Positions 18,895 through 27,706 of a DNA stretch of 64,000 nt are shown piece by piece. Position 1 is the stretch's first letter, and each line of letters opens with the position of its first letter. The stretch covers positions 6,434 through 70,433 of the forward strand of contig JABZHP010000001.1 in the NCBI GenBank assembly GCA_015258785.1, in the 5' to 3' direction. Made by a program: the position numbers and the translations under genes. The notes below the pieces were generated by a model. That model ran no database searches and had not been told where the DNA came from. It saw only the letters and a list, made by a program, of their open reading frames with translations. Source of the DNA: Atopobium sp. (GTDB taxonomy: Bacteria > Actinomycetota > Coriobacteriia > Coriobacteriales > Atopobiaceae).

Positions 18895-20904
18895 ATGAAT
18901 TTCACCCTTGTTATCCTTGCTTGTTGCGCTGTTGCAGCAATTGGTTTGATCATTGTTTATCTCACCTTTGGTAGAAAAGACTCGCCGTTTACCTTTGATA
19001 TTGGTGGCGGCGCTCCCAAGGCGTCTGGTGGTTCTGACGGCTCTGCCGAGAAGACCCTCTCGTCCAGACTTATCGGATTTGCAATTGCTGTTGGCGGCAT
19101 GTTTGCCGTGCTTATTGGTCGTCTTTGGACCATGCAGCTCTTATCGTCAGCTGACTATACCGAGCAAGCAGAGAGAAACCGTACGCGCACCGTTACTACT
19201 GCAGCTCCTCGTGGTCGTATTTTGGACAGAAATGGCGTAGAGATTGTTACTAACAGGCCAAGTCCAACGGTAGTAGCTCGCGCAGACGTTGCAGAAGACT
19301 ACATTAAGCTGCAGATTCTTGCTAACCTTTTGGGCATGCCTATGTTGGCGGTGCGCAGAAAAATCATGGATACCTCTGATGGCGCCCAAGCGCTTCGCAC
19401 GGTTTCTGTAGATGTTTCTAGGCGCGTAGTTGCCTACATTTACGCTCATGGCGCTTTGCTTGATGGCGTTTCAATTGAGGAGCGCACCCAGCGCGCCTAT
19501 CCAAACGGTTCTCTTGCAGCTCATGTTGTTGGCTACACCGGAACCGTTACACAAGAGCAGCTTGAAAGCAGTAAAACTGCGGATGGTGGCTTTGTATATG
19601 CCCACGGCGATATCGTGGGACAAACGGGTGTTGAGTATCAGTACGAGTCCGCTCTTCAGGGTGTTCGTGGTGAGCAAACGGTGTATGTTGATGCTGCTGG
19701 TAATGTTTTATCTCACTCAACATCCATTGCTCCTCAGAGCGGCTCAGATGTTGTTTTGACCATTGATGCAAACATTCAAAAAGCAGCAGAAGCATCCCTT
19801 GTCAGTGTTATCAACACAGTTAGATCACAAGATTACCAAGGTCGCAGTGCAAGTGTGGTGGCACTTGATTGCACCAATGGTGAAGTTATTGCTATGGCAA
19901 GCTATCCAACGTATTCACCTTCAATGTTTGTTGGAGGTATTTCCAGTTCTGACTGGGATACGCTTTCTTCTGAAGAGGCAAACTATCCGCTGATGAATCG
20001 TGCCATTGCTGGACAGTATCCATCTGGATCTACCATCAAAGCACTTACTGCCTTTGCCGGACTCAAATACGGCATTTGTGACGGAAATTCCAGCTGGTAT
20101 TGCACGGGTTTCTGGACTGGTTTTGGCGAGCAGTACGGCATGCACTGTTGGCTTCTTTCTGGCCACGGCACGGTCAATCTTATTACCGGTATTACTAACT
20201 CTTGCGATATTGTTTTTTATGAGATTGGTAAGGGCTTCTTCTATAACAACGATCATCCAGAGGGCATGCAAGAGACATTCCGTGCCTTTGGACTTGGTGC
20301 GCTTTCTGGTATTGACCTTCCAGAAGAGGCATCTGGCCGCGTTCCTGATGCAGAGTGGAAGTGGAACTACTTTACCAGCTCGCCTGATGATGCTCGTAAG
20401 TGGCAGGGTGGCGATAACTGTAACCTTGCTATTGGTCAGGGCGATCTTTTGGTAACCTGCCTTCAGATGGCAAATGCGTATTGTGGTATTGCAAACCGAG
20501 GTCCAATTTACAAACCACATGTTTTGAAGAGCATTAACGCCAGAAATGGCAATGGCTCTGTTATTGAGTACAAAAACGAGGTCATTCTGTCGCCAGAAGA
20601 AAAAGATGAGCACCGAGACATTGTTGCTCGCGGTCTGTATGGCGTTGTCTACGAGGAATCCGCTTCTCAGACTATCCACTGGACCAATCTTGATGTCACG
20701 GTTAATGGCAAGACGGGTACTGCTGAGCAGCAGTCTATTGGCGAGCCCGTTGGTTGGTTTGTTGGCTATGCACCTGCTGACAAGCCTCAGTATGTTGTTG
20801 CTGCAAATCTAGACTGCGCACCTTCTGGCGCAGGTTCTGGTATGTATATTGTTCGAGACGTCTTTGGTGCAATTTATAATCAGCCAGACAACGTTGGTAG
20901 GTAA
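18895..20904 (+). CDS. mrdA: Penicillin-binding protein 2 (elongation-specific transpeptidase)
   Basis: Transpeptidase motifs STIK (PSGSTIK), SxN and KTGT, plus an N-terminal TM. 669 aa. Confidence 0.9.
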   Translation: MNFTLVILACCAVAAIGLIIVYLTFGRKDSPFTFDIGGGAPKASGGSDGSAEKTLSSRLIGFAIAVGGMFAVLIGRLWTMQLLSSADYTEQAERNRTRTVTTAAPRGRILDRNGVEIVTNRPSPTVVARADVAEDYIKLQILANLLGMPMLAVRRKIMDTSDGAQALRTVSVDVSRRVVAYIYAHGALLDGVSIEERTQRAYPNGSLAAHVVGYTGTVTQEQLESSKTADGGFVYAHGDIVGQTGVEYQYESALQGVRGEQTVYVDAAGNVLSHSTSIAPQSGSDVVLTIDANIQKAAEASLVSVINTVRSQDYQGRSASVVALDCTNGEVIAMASYPTYSPSMFVGGISSSDWDTLSSEEANYPLMNRAIAGQYPSGSTIKALTAFAGLKYGICDGNSSWYCTGFWTGFGEQYGMHCWLLSGHGTVNLITGITNSCDIVFYEIGKGFFYNNDHPEGMQETFRAFGLGALSGIDLPEEASGRVPDAEWKWNYFTSSPDDARKWQGGDNCNLAIGQGDLLVTCLQMANAYCGIANRGPIYKPHVLKSINARNGNGSVIEYKNEVILSPEEKDEHRDIVARGLYGVVYEESASQTIHWTNLDVTVNGKTGTAEQQSIGEPVGWFVGYAPADKPQYVVAANLDCAPSGAGSGMYIVRDVFGAIYNQPDNVGR

Positions 20905-20919
20905 GGAGGCGAGAAACCC

Positions 20920-22146
20920 ATGGCACTTGATTCATCTGCAGTTACAAAACAGAGAATGAACTCACCTTTTAGGAGGCGTGGAGGTATTCCTTCAGGCGGC
21001 CTTGCCAAGAAAGAGAAGCTTACTGGTAAGAATATCTTGAGTAATCTCTATCTAGCACAGCTTGTTCCCGCGGCACTTCTCGTCCTCATCGGTATTGTGG
21101 TTATTTGGACCGCATCGATGAACATTGCCGAAGCCAGTTTTCCTAGGCACCTTCTGGGTATTGGCTTGGGCCTTGTTTTTGCCACACTCATGTGGCGCTA
21201 TGACTACAGAGCACTTTCAAATATGACAAACGTGCTGCTTGTCGGCGTTGTTGTATTGATGATTTTGCCTAAGGTTCCAGGCTTTGGCGTCTCGGTTAAG
21301 GGTATGACTGGTTGGGTTAATATCCCGCTAGTTGGATTTAGATTTCAGCCGTCTGAGCTGGGAAAGATTGTCACAATCTTCCTTATGGCATCGGTATGTG
21401 CTCAGTATAACGGTAAGGTTGAAACGCTCAGAGACTATGTAAAGCTTTGTGGAACATTGATGGTTCCATTCGGCTCCATTATGCTTTTGCCTGATCTGGG
21501 AACTGGCCTGATTATTTTAGTTATCGGAGCCACCATCATTATTTGCTCTGGTGCAAAACGTTCTTGGATTCTTGTGACCGTTCTTTTGCTCATTGCTGTT
21601 GTTGCACTTGTTGTTGTGACTTCTATGATTCCTGGTATTCCTCACATTCTTAAGGAGTACCAGATGAAGCGTCTTACCGTCTTCTTGGATCCTTCCGTTG
21701 ATCCGTCGGGAGACGGCTATAACCTGCAACAGGCAAAGATTGCCGTAGGTTCTGGTGGCTTTATTGGAAAAGGACCAGGTAACGCTACACAGGCAAGTGG
21801 ACGATTCTTACCAGAGGCACACACAGACTTTGTTTTTGCACTCTTCTCGGAAGAGTTTGGCTTCCTTGGTGCATTCATTATGCTTTCGCTCTTTGCGTGG
21901 ATGATTTTTGCAACTATTCTGTTTGCAATGAAGACCGAGAATACCTTCTCTAAGCTGGTACTTGTTGGTTGTGCAGCCATGTGGTCGTTCCAGGTTTTAC
22001 AGAATGTTGGCATGTGCATTGGTATCATGCCTATTACTGGTATTCCATTGCCTTTTATCAGCTTTGGATCAACATCGATGATTGCCCAGCTCGTTTCTGT
22101 AGGAATCGTCCAGTCTGTTTACAGACATAGAACAAAGGCGGCATAA
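20920..22146 (+). CDS. rodA: Peptidoglycan glycosyltransferase RodA (SEDS family)
   Basis: FtsW/RodA family polytopic protein (408 aa) directly after mrdA. Its RBS region contains the GGCGAGAAACCC motif. Confidence 0.9.
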   Translation: MALDSSAVTKQRMNSPFRRRGGIPSGGLAKKEKLTGKNILSNLYLAQLVPAALLVLIGIVVIWTASMNIAEASFPRHLLGIGLGLVFATLMWRYDYRALSNMTNVLLVGVVVLMILPKVPGFGVSVKGMTGWVNIPLVGFRFQPSELGKIVTIFLMASVCAQYNGKVETLRDYVKLCGTLMVPFGSIMLLPDLGTGLIILVIGATIIICSGAKRSWILVTVLLLIAVVALVVVTSMIPGIPHILKEYQMKRLTVFLDPSVDPSGDGYNLQQAKIAVGSGGFIGKGPGNATQASGRFLPEAHTDFVFALFSEEFGFLGAFIMLSLFAWMIFATILFAMKTENTFSKLVLVGCAAMWSFQVLQNVGMCIGIMPITGIPLPFISFGSTSMIAQLVSVGIVQSVYRHRTKAA

Positions 22147-22149
22147 GCC

Positions 22150-23142
22150 ATGGCAAAAAGAAACAGCTTGGGCAAACTTGCTACCTCTGTATTACAAGAA
22201 TTCCGCGGGTCGCTTTCATCTCTAGAGCCAACTTATACGCATATCTACGTTGATTCCCTTGCTTCTGAAGAGGTAATCCTGGCTGTACATTCGTATTTTA
22301 TGCCAGAGAGAACAGATGCAACGGTGCGCGTCTCTAAACTTGCTGACGGTGTTTCGTTTGTTTCTGGAGGCATTGGTCGCACGGGAAAGAATGCTGCTAT
22401 TCCTGATATTGCGGTGATTATTCCTACGCCAACATCACAGTACGAGGATGCCCTTACCATGTTGGTAAGTCATTCAATTCCTTGTGCGGTGGTTGTGGAG
22501 TCTGCGGTCGAAGCGCCAAAAATTGCTAATACGCTCTACAACACGGGGCTTATTAGCATTGTTGCAGGTACCACTGAAGAAGTGCTCTTTGATCGACTCT
22601 CTTCATGGATTGCAACGGCAACAGAAAAATCAGTCTCTTTTGCGGCAGCGTATCCTCTTTGTAGAACTCAAGTGGTCAAACAGATAACAGCTGCTTGCGC
22701 TAAAGAAAATGCAGCTATTGGAGCTGTGGCGATTGTTCCTGGCTCTGATATGCCGCTGATGACAGCGCGCCAGATTAGGCTGGCACTTGATATTACCGCC
22801 GCCTATAACATCAATATGAGTGTTGAAACCATCGCCGAACTTCTCGGCGTTGTGGGTGCGGGCTTTGGATACCGTACGGTTGCACGCACGGTCGCAGGCA
22901 CAGTTCCAGGGTTTGGCTGGGCGCTTAAGGCTGGCATGGGGTACGCAGGAACTCACACTACCGCCCGCGTCATTCACGCGTACGCTCGCAAAATTGCCGA
23001 GAAACGCGACGGGGTAGCAGCTGATTCTTCTACCAAAACCGGAGCTTCGAGTGCTTCTACAGACGCAAGCGCAACAGCAGATACAAATTCACAACCAAAT
23101 ACCGTGGAGATAGCAACCACACAGTCCCTCGCCAAAAGATAG
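22150..23142 (+). CDS. Hypothetical protein with a degenerate P-loop-like N-domain and Gly-rich C-domain
   Basis: GGIGRTGKN resembles GxxxxGK but with Asn in place of Ser/Thr. C-terminal GAGFGYRTVARTVAGTVPGFGWALKAGMGYAGT region. No confident family assignment. Confidence 0.45.
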   Translation: MAKRNSLGKLATSVLQEFRGSLSSLEPTYTHIYVDSLASEEVILAVHSYFMPERTDATVRVSKLADGVSFVSGGIGRTGKNAAIPDIAVIIPTPTSQYEDALTMLVSHSIPCAVVVESAVEAPKIANTLYNTGLISIVAGTTEEVLFDRLSSWIATATEKSVSFAAAYPLCRTQVVKQITAACAKENAAIGAVAIVPGSDMPLMTARQIRLALDITAAYNINMSVETIAELLGVVGAGFGYRTVARTVAGTVPGFGWALKAGMGYAGTHTTARVIHAYARKIAEKRDGVAADSSTKTGASSASTDASATADTNSQPNTVEIATTQSLAKR

Positions 23143-23155
23143 AAAGTAGACTATC

Positions 23156-25021
23156 GTGCGTGTTAAACGAGAAAATCTCTTCCATCTCATTGAGCCCATG
23201 CTTCCGCATGTCGAGAAACCCTCAAGATACTTAAATCACGAGTGGGGAGCAGTAGAGGAGCAAGAAGGTCCTTTTCACGTTTGTATGGTTTACGCTGACG
23301 TGTACGAGGTGGGTCAGCCTAATTTGGGCATTGCCATTCTCTATAACGCTTTGAATAAGGCGCCTCATATTTCTTGTGAGCGCGCCTATCTGCCTTGGGT
23401 CGATATGGCAGCTTTGATGCGCAAGCGCAATGTTCCTCTGCTTTCGTTGGAGGGTGCTGCGCCTTTAGCATCTTTTGATGTAGTGGGCTTCACCCTTGCG
23501 CATGAAATGATTGCAACCAATATTATAGAAACGCTTGATTTAGCAGACATTCCATTGCTCGCTGAAGAACGTGATGAAGAGGACCCGCTTATTTTTGGTG
23601 GCGGTCCATCTGTTTGGAACTCAGAGCCCGTGGCCCCGCTCTTTGATGCAATTCTTTTAGGTGATGGCGAAGAAGCGCTGGTAGAGATGTGTGAGTGCGT
23701 AAGAACTTCCAAGCTTGAAGGAGTTTCTCGCCAAGACATTTTGCAGAGGTTGTCTGAGATTCAAGGTGTCTACGTGCCGTCGCTTTATCAGATTGTGCAC
23801 GATAATACCTCAACACGCTGGGGATATGCGGTTCCTAAAGAGGGAAGTAGTGCACCAAGCGTGGTTTATAAACGTTGCCTGTCAGACCTTTCGGTGACTG
23901 ATCCTGTTGCGCAGCGCATTGTTCCGTATACCGAGATTGTTCAGGACAGGCTGGCTCTAGAGATTCAGCGTGGCTGTGCTCGTGGCTGCAGATTCTGTCA
24001 GGCTGGTATGACATATCGTCCTGTTCGCGAGCGTCCTGCTCAGCAGATTGTTAAAGCAGGCGAGGAAGGCCTTTTGAAGAGTGGCTACGATGAGGTTTCG
24101 CTCACGTCGCTCTCTACAACGGATCACTCTCAGTGCGGCTACATTCTGCGCCGTATGAACTCTGATTTGCGTAAACGCGGCGTGCGAATCTCCATTCCTT
24201 CCCAGCGTATGGACGCGTTTGGCGCGGAGATGGCAGACGCTGTTTCTACTTCAAGGCGTGGCGGACTGACGTTTGCTCCAGAAGCAGGTTCTCAGCGCAT
24301 GCGTGATGTCATCAACAAAAATGTTACCGAGGATGATCTTGAATCGGCAGCTAGAAATGCGTTTGAAAACGGCTGGCGCCGCATGAAGCTCTACTTTATG
24401 ATGGGCCTTCCAACAGAAACCGATGAAGACATTCAAGCCATTCCCGCAGTTGCAAAGCGTATTTTAGATATCGGTCGAGAAATTGGCGGCAAGGGCGTTA
24501 CGGTTTCTGCTTCTGTTGCCGTATTTGTGCCCAAGTCCTACACGCCATTCCAGTGGGTTGGCCAGATTTCTCGTGAGGAAGCCCAGCGTAGACAGCAGTT
24601 GCTCTTGTCGTCAAATCACGATAGGGGACTCAAGATTGCCTATCATGATTCTGGAACGTCCCTGGTAGAAGGTGCGCTTTCAAAGATGGGCCGCGACGGT
24701 TTTGATTTGATTTACCGGGCTTGGAAAAATGGTTGTAAGTTTGATGCATGGACCAGCGAGTTTAATCTTGATGCTTGGAATGCGGCAGCAGAAAGTCTGG
24801 GTTTCTCGCTCTCTGATATTGCAACAGAAACCTTTGATATCCAGGCAAAACTTCCATGGGATCACACGTCTCCTGGCGTCTCCAAGGGCTATTTACAGCG
24901 AGAATATCGTAAAGCGATGGACGAGGTTACCACACCAGACTGCACGTTTACCTCTTGTACGGGATGTGCGGTATGCCAGACCTTGAAGGTCGACAACGTG
25001 TTGATGGGGGTGCGCTCATGA
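23156..25021 (+). CDS. Radical SAM protein, TIGR03960-like (B12-binding-like N-domain plus radical SAM core)
   Basis: CxxxCxxC cluster CARGCRFCQAG. 621 aa. This family is typically paired with the next gene. Confidence 0.75.
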   Translation: MRVKRENLFHLIEPMLPHVEKPSRYLNHEWGAVEEQEGPFHVCMVYADVYEVGQPNLGIAILYNALNKAPHISCERAYLPWVDMAALMRKRNVPLLSLEGAAPLASFDVVGFTLAHEMIATNIIETLDLADIPLLAEERDEEDPLIFGGGPSVWNSEPVAPLFDAILLGDGEEALVEMCECVRTSKLEGVSRQDILQRLSEIQGVYVPSLYQIVHDNTSTRWGYAVPKEGSSAPSVVYKRCLSDLSVTDPVAQRIVPYTEIVQDRLALEIQRGCARGCRFCQAGMTYRPVRERPAQQIVKAGEEGLLKSGYDEVSLTSLSTTDHSQCGYILRRMNSDLRKRGVRISIPSQRMDAFGAEMADAVSTSRRGGLTFAPEAGSQRMRDVINKNVTEDDLESAARNAFENGWRRMKLYFMMGLPTETDEDIQAIPAVAKRILDIGREIGGKGVTVSASVAVFVPKSYTPFQWVGQISREEAQRRQQLLLSSNHDRGLKIAYHDSGTSLVEGALSKMGRDGFDLIYRAWKNGCKFDAWTSEFNLDAWNAAAESLGFSLSDIATETFDIQAKLPWDHTSPGVSKGYLQREYRKAMDEVTTPDCTFTSCTGCAVCQTLKVDNVLMGVRS

Positions 25022-25839
25022 CGGATGTGCAGGCAGAGAGCGTAGCTCCTGAGGCGGCTGAGCCCATGAAGAAGGACTGGCGTGCCGGTAGGCCACAGAT
25101 TCAGCCAGAGATTATGACGGAGCGTGGAGCAGAGATTTTTAGGCTTCGCGTGGCTTACAAGAAAGATGACCGCCTTGCGTTTCTAGGACACCTTGAACTT
25201 ATTGGCACCATTGAGCGCTGTGTTCGTAGAGCCCAGCTGCCGTTTAGGGTAGGCAATGGCTTTGCAAAGCGCATGGGCGTTCAGTTCTCTCAGGCGCTTC
25301 CTGTTGGTGCTTCGTCTGAGGTGGAGTACTTTGACTTGAAGCTCACAGAATACGTGGACCCGGATGAAGCGTTAGAGAGGCTGTTGTCGGCTACGCCTCC
25401 CGCGCTTGCTCCGTTTGCTGCCAGCTACGTTGATCGGTCGCTGCCAGCGCTTGAAGCATGGTTGAATGCCGCTCACTGGAGATGCGACATTTTGGGAGAA
25501 GGTCTTAGGTCAGATGCGCTGCGTTGGGGGTTTGAGGATCTTCTCGCCAAAAAAGAGCTGCCATACATGCGCGGAGACAAGCAAAAAGTGGTCAATTTAG
25601 AGACAACGTTTGCGGGCTATAAGATTTCTGACAGCTCATCTGAAACGTGCATTTCATTTGAGCTTGATACACTCCAAGATCCAAGAGCAGCGCTTAGACC
25701 TGCAGTTTTGATTTATGAGGCTCAAAGAATTGCAGCTCAAGCCGGAGTGGATGGCCTACAAGGCATTGACTCGTTGAAGGTGTGCCGAGTCTCACAGGCA
25801 CACGTTTCAGAAAATGGACTCCTTGTGAAGCCTCTATAA
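25018..25839 (+). CDS. Radical SAM-linked protein (DUF2344/TIGR03936-like)
   Basis: ATGA start/stop overlap with the preceding radical SAM gene. Conserved partner of TIGR03960. Confidence 0.6.
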   Translation: MTDVQAESVAPEAAEPMKKDWRAGRPQIQPEIMTERGAEIFRLRVAYKKDDRLAFLGHLELIGTIERCVRRAQLPFRVGNGFAKRMGVQFSQALPVGASSEVEYFDLKLTEYVDPDEALERLLSATPPALAPFAASYVDRSLPALEAWLNAAHWRCDILGEGLRSDALRWGFEDLLAKKELPYMRGDKQKVVNLETTFAGYKISDSSSETCISFELDTLQDPRAALRPAVLIYEAQRIAAQAGVDGLQGIDSLKVCRVSQAHVSENGLLVKPL

Positions 25840-26034
25840 CATGTAGTTTTGTCTTGGAATTTTCTGAAATATGCAGTAGACTATTTCGAGTTGTGTTTCT
25901 CGCCGAGGGACATGGGACACCGACAGTTTCCCGCGGATGTCACAGGTCACGGCGGCGAAGATCTTTGCTCGGATCTTCAGAAATACAAAGATAGTATTAA
26001 TCGTTGCAAGAATCAGCAATGAAGGGTTACACAC

Positions 26035-26385
26035 ATGTACGCAATCGTAGCAACTGGTGGCAAGCAGTATAAGGTTGCCAAGGGCGACGTAATCAGCGTC
26101 GAGAAGCTTGATGCGCAGCCTGGCGATAAGGTAAAGCTTGATGTTCTTATGCTTAACGACGGCAAGAAGGTTGTTGCTGACGCTGCCACTCTTTCCTCTA
26201 AGAAGGTTACCTGTGAGGTTCTTGAGCAGTACAAGGACAAGAAGGTCCTCGTCTTCAAGTTCCACAAGCGTAAGCGCTATCACCGCGCCAATGGTCACCG
26301 TCAGAACCTTACTAAGCTGAAGGTTACCGCGCTCCCTACCGCTCGTAAGGCTGCTGCTAAGGCATCCGACGAGTCTGCAGAGTAA
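26035..26385 (+). CDS. rplU: 50S ribosomal protein L21
   Basis: MYAIVATGGKQYKV N-terminus, characteristic of bL21. Confidence 0.95.
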   Translation: MYAIVATGGKQYKVAKGDVISVEKLDAQPGDKVKLDVLMLNDGKKVVADAATLSSKKVTCEVLEQYKDKKVLVFKFHKRKRYHRANGHRQNLTKLKVTALPTARKAAAKASDESAE

Positions 26386-26423
26386 TTGGTCACTTCTGAT
26401 ATTGAGATAGGCAGGTAGCATTT

Positions 26424-26678
26424 ATGGCACACAAGAAAGGTCTCGGCTCTTCCCGCAATGGTCGCGACTCACAAGCACAGCGCCTTGGCGTTAAGATTTA
26501 CGGTGGTCAGGCAATCAAGGCTGGCCAGATTATCATCCGTCAGCGTGGTACTCACATCACTCCTGGCGTAAACGTTGGTCGCGGCAAGGATGACACTCTC
26601 TTTGCACTTTGCGATGGCGTTGTTGAGTTCAAGAAGGGTGCTAAGCACGTCGTTAACGTCGTTGCTGCTGAGGCATAA
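26424..26678 (+). CDS. rpmA: 50S ribosomal protein L27
   Basis: [17 protein letters not shown]-terminus, characteristic of bL27. Confidence 0.95.
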   Translation: MAHKKGLGSSRNGRDSQAQRLGVKIYGGQAIKAGQIIIRQRGTHITPGVNVGRGKDDTLFALCDGVVEFKKGAKHVVNVVAAEA

Positions 26679-26705
26679 GTTTTCTTGAACATTCGCAGTT
26701 CATTC

Positions 26706-26734
26706 AAGGGGTCCTTCGGGACCCCTTTTTATTT
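26706..26734 (+). terminator. Rho-independent terminator after rpmA
   Basis: AAGGGGTCC-TTCG-GGACCCCTT followed by TTTATTTC. Confidence 0.8.
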
Positions 26735-26798
26735 CTCGCGGTATTTTGCTCTTGCCGCGTACCGTTCACAGTTTCTAATTTGTTTCTTAATGTATTTC

Positions 26799-26829
26799 TT
26801 GACACAATCAGGCTAAGTAATGGTATTCT
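26799..26829 (+). promoter_or_regulatory. Candidate sigma-70 promoter for the trpP leader (TTGACA -35, extended -10 TGnTATTCT)
   Basis: TTGACA at 26799-26804 and TGGTATTCT at 26821-26829. Spacing is slightly long (about 19 nt). Confidence 0.3.
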
Positions 26830-26869
26830 TCTTACATTGCAATTTACGCTTTTGGGAGGAGGACATATC

Positions 26870-26932
26870 ATGCGCGCTACATGCACTCAGCAGTGGTGGT
26901 GGAACAACTTGTCTTTCTCCGGTCAGCGATGA
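26870..26932 (+). CDS. 20-aa leader peptide MRATCTQQWWWNNLSFSGQR with three consecutive Trp codons (trp attenuator-type leader)
   Basis: Strong GGGAGGAGG RBS 7 nt upstream of the ATG. TGG TGG TGG at 26894-26902. An intrinsic terminator lies 25 nt after the stop, and a TrpP-family transporter gene follows. Confidence 0.5.
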   Translation: MRATCTQQWWWNNLSFSGQR

Positions 26933-26957
26933 GTTGCTTCTGCATACGCATTTAGAG

Positions 26958-26985
26958 GCTCTCGGGTGACCGAGAGCTTTTTTTT
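26958..26985 (+). terminator. Intrinsic terminator (attenuator) between the Trp leader peptide and trpP
   Basis: GCTCTCGG-GTGA-CCGAGAGC followed by eight T. Confidence 0.7.
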
Positions 26986-27077
26986 GTGCGTACGTTTCTT
27001 GCTAAATCCGGATGGCGAGAAACCCGTGTTGTTAAAAATTTGTTTGTACGTTTTAGTTTTGCGTTAAAGGAGTTTGT

Positions 27078-27671
27078 ATGTCTACAGAAAATCTCAATCA
27101 GGTCAACGCCGCAGACACAGAGACAGGATCTGCAGAGCAGGCACCACGTGTTGTTACTGTTTCAAAGTCTTCAGGTGTTTTGGATGTTACTTCTCTAGTT
27201 CTTGTCGCTGTTCTTATTGCCGCAGGTTTTATTCTTAACCTAACCGTTGGCAAGGCAATTAGTGCTATTGGAATTGGTCCAGAGTTCATTATCGCGTCGT
27301 TCTGCCTGGCTATTCTTCTTTTGAAGCCAAACGCTGTTCAGAGCCTGGTTATTGGTCTTATCGCAGCTACTGTTATTCAGCTGACCACCTCTGTCCCTGG
27401 CGCTGATTTTGTTGCAGAGGGCGCGGCTTCACTTGTTATGTTTGCCTTCACAAGGTCCGCTCTTGCAGATAAGCCAGTAATGCCAGCAATTGGTTCTTTT
27501 GTAACCACTCTTATCTCTGGCCTCATTTTTGCTGCCATTGCTATTCCAGCCAAGGGTGCAACTATTGAGCTTTTCTACGTAATGCTTCCTGTCATCGTGG
27601 GAACTGCATTCTTTAATGCTATTGTTGTTCAGGTTCTTGCGGCTCCTCTTAAGAAGGTTTTGGGCCGATAA
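27078..27671 (+). CDS. trpP: ECF transporter substrate-specific (S) component, TrpP family (probable tryptophan transporter)
   Basis: Small polytopic protein. The IGPEFIIASFCLAILLL...LVIGLIAATVIQLTTSVPG region aligns with B. subtilis TrpP (YhaG) as I recall it. Followed by EcfA/EcfT genes. Confidence 0.7.
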   Translation: MSTENLNQVNAADTETGSAEQAPRVVTVSKSSGVLDVTSLVLVAVLIAAGFILNLTVGKAISAIGIGPEFIIASFCLAILLLKPNAVQSLVIGLIAATVIQLTTSVPGADFVAEGAASLVMFAFTRSALADKPVMPAIGSFVTTLISGLIFAAIAIPAKGATIELFYVMLPVIVGTAFFNAIVVQVLAAPLKKVLGR

Positions 27672-27706
27672 GTTCTTAGATACGCACTTATTTTCTGGAG
27701 AACACT

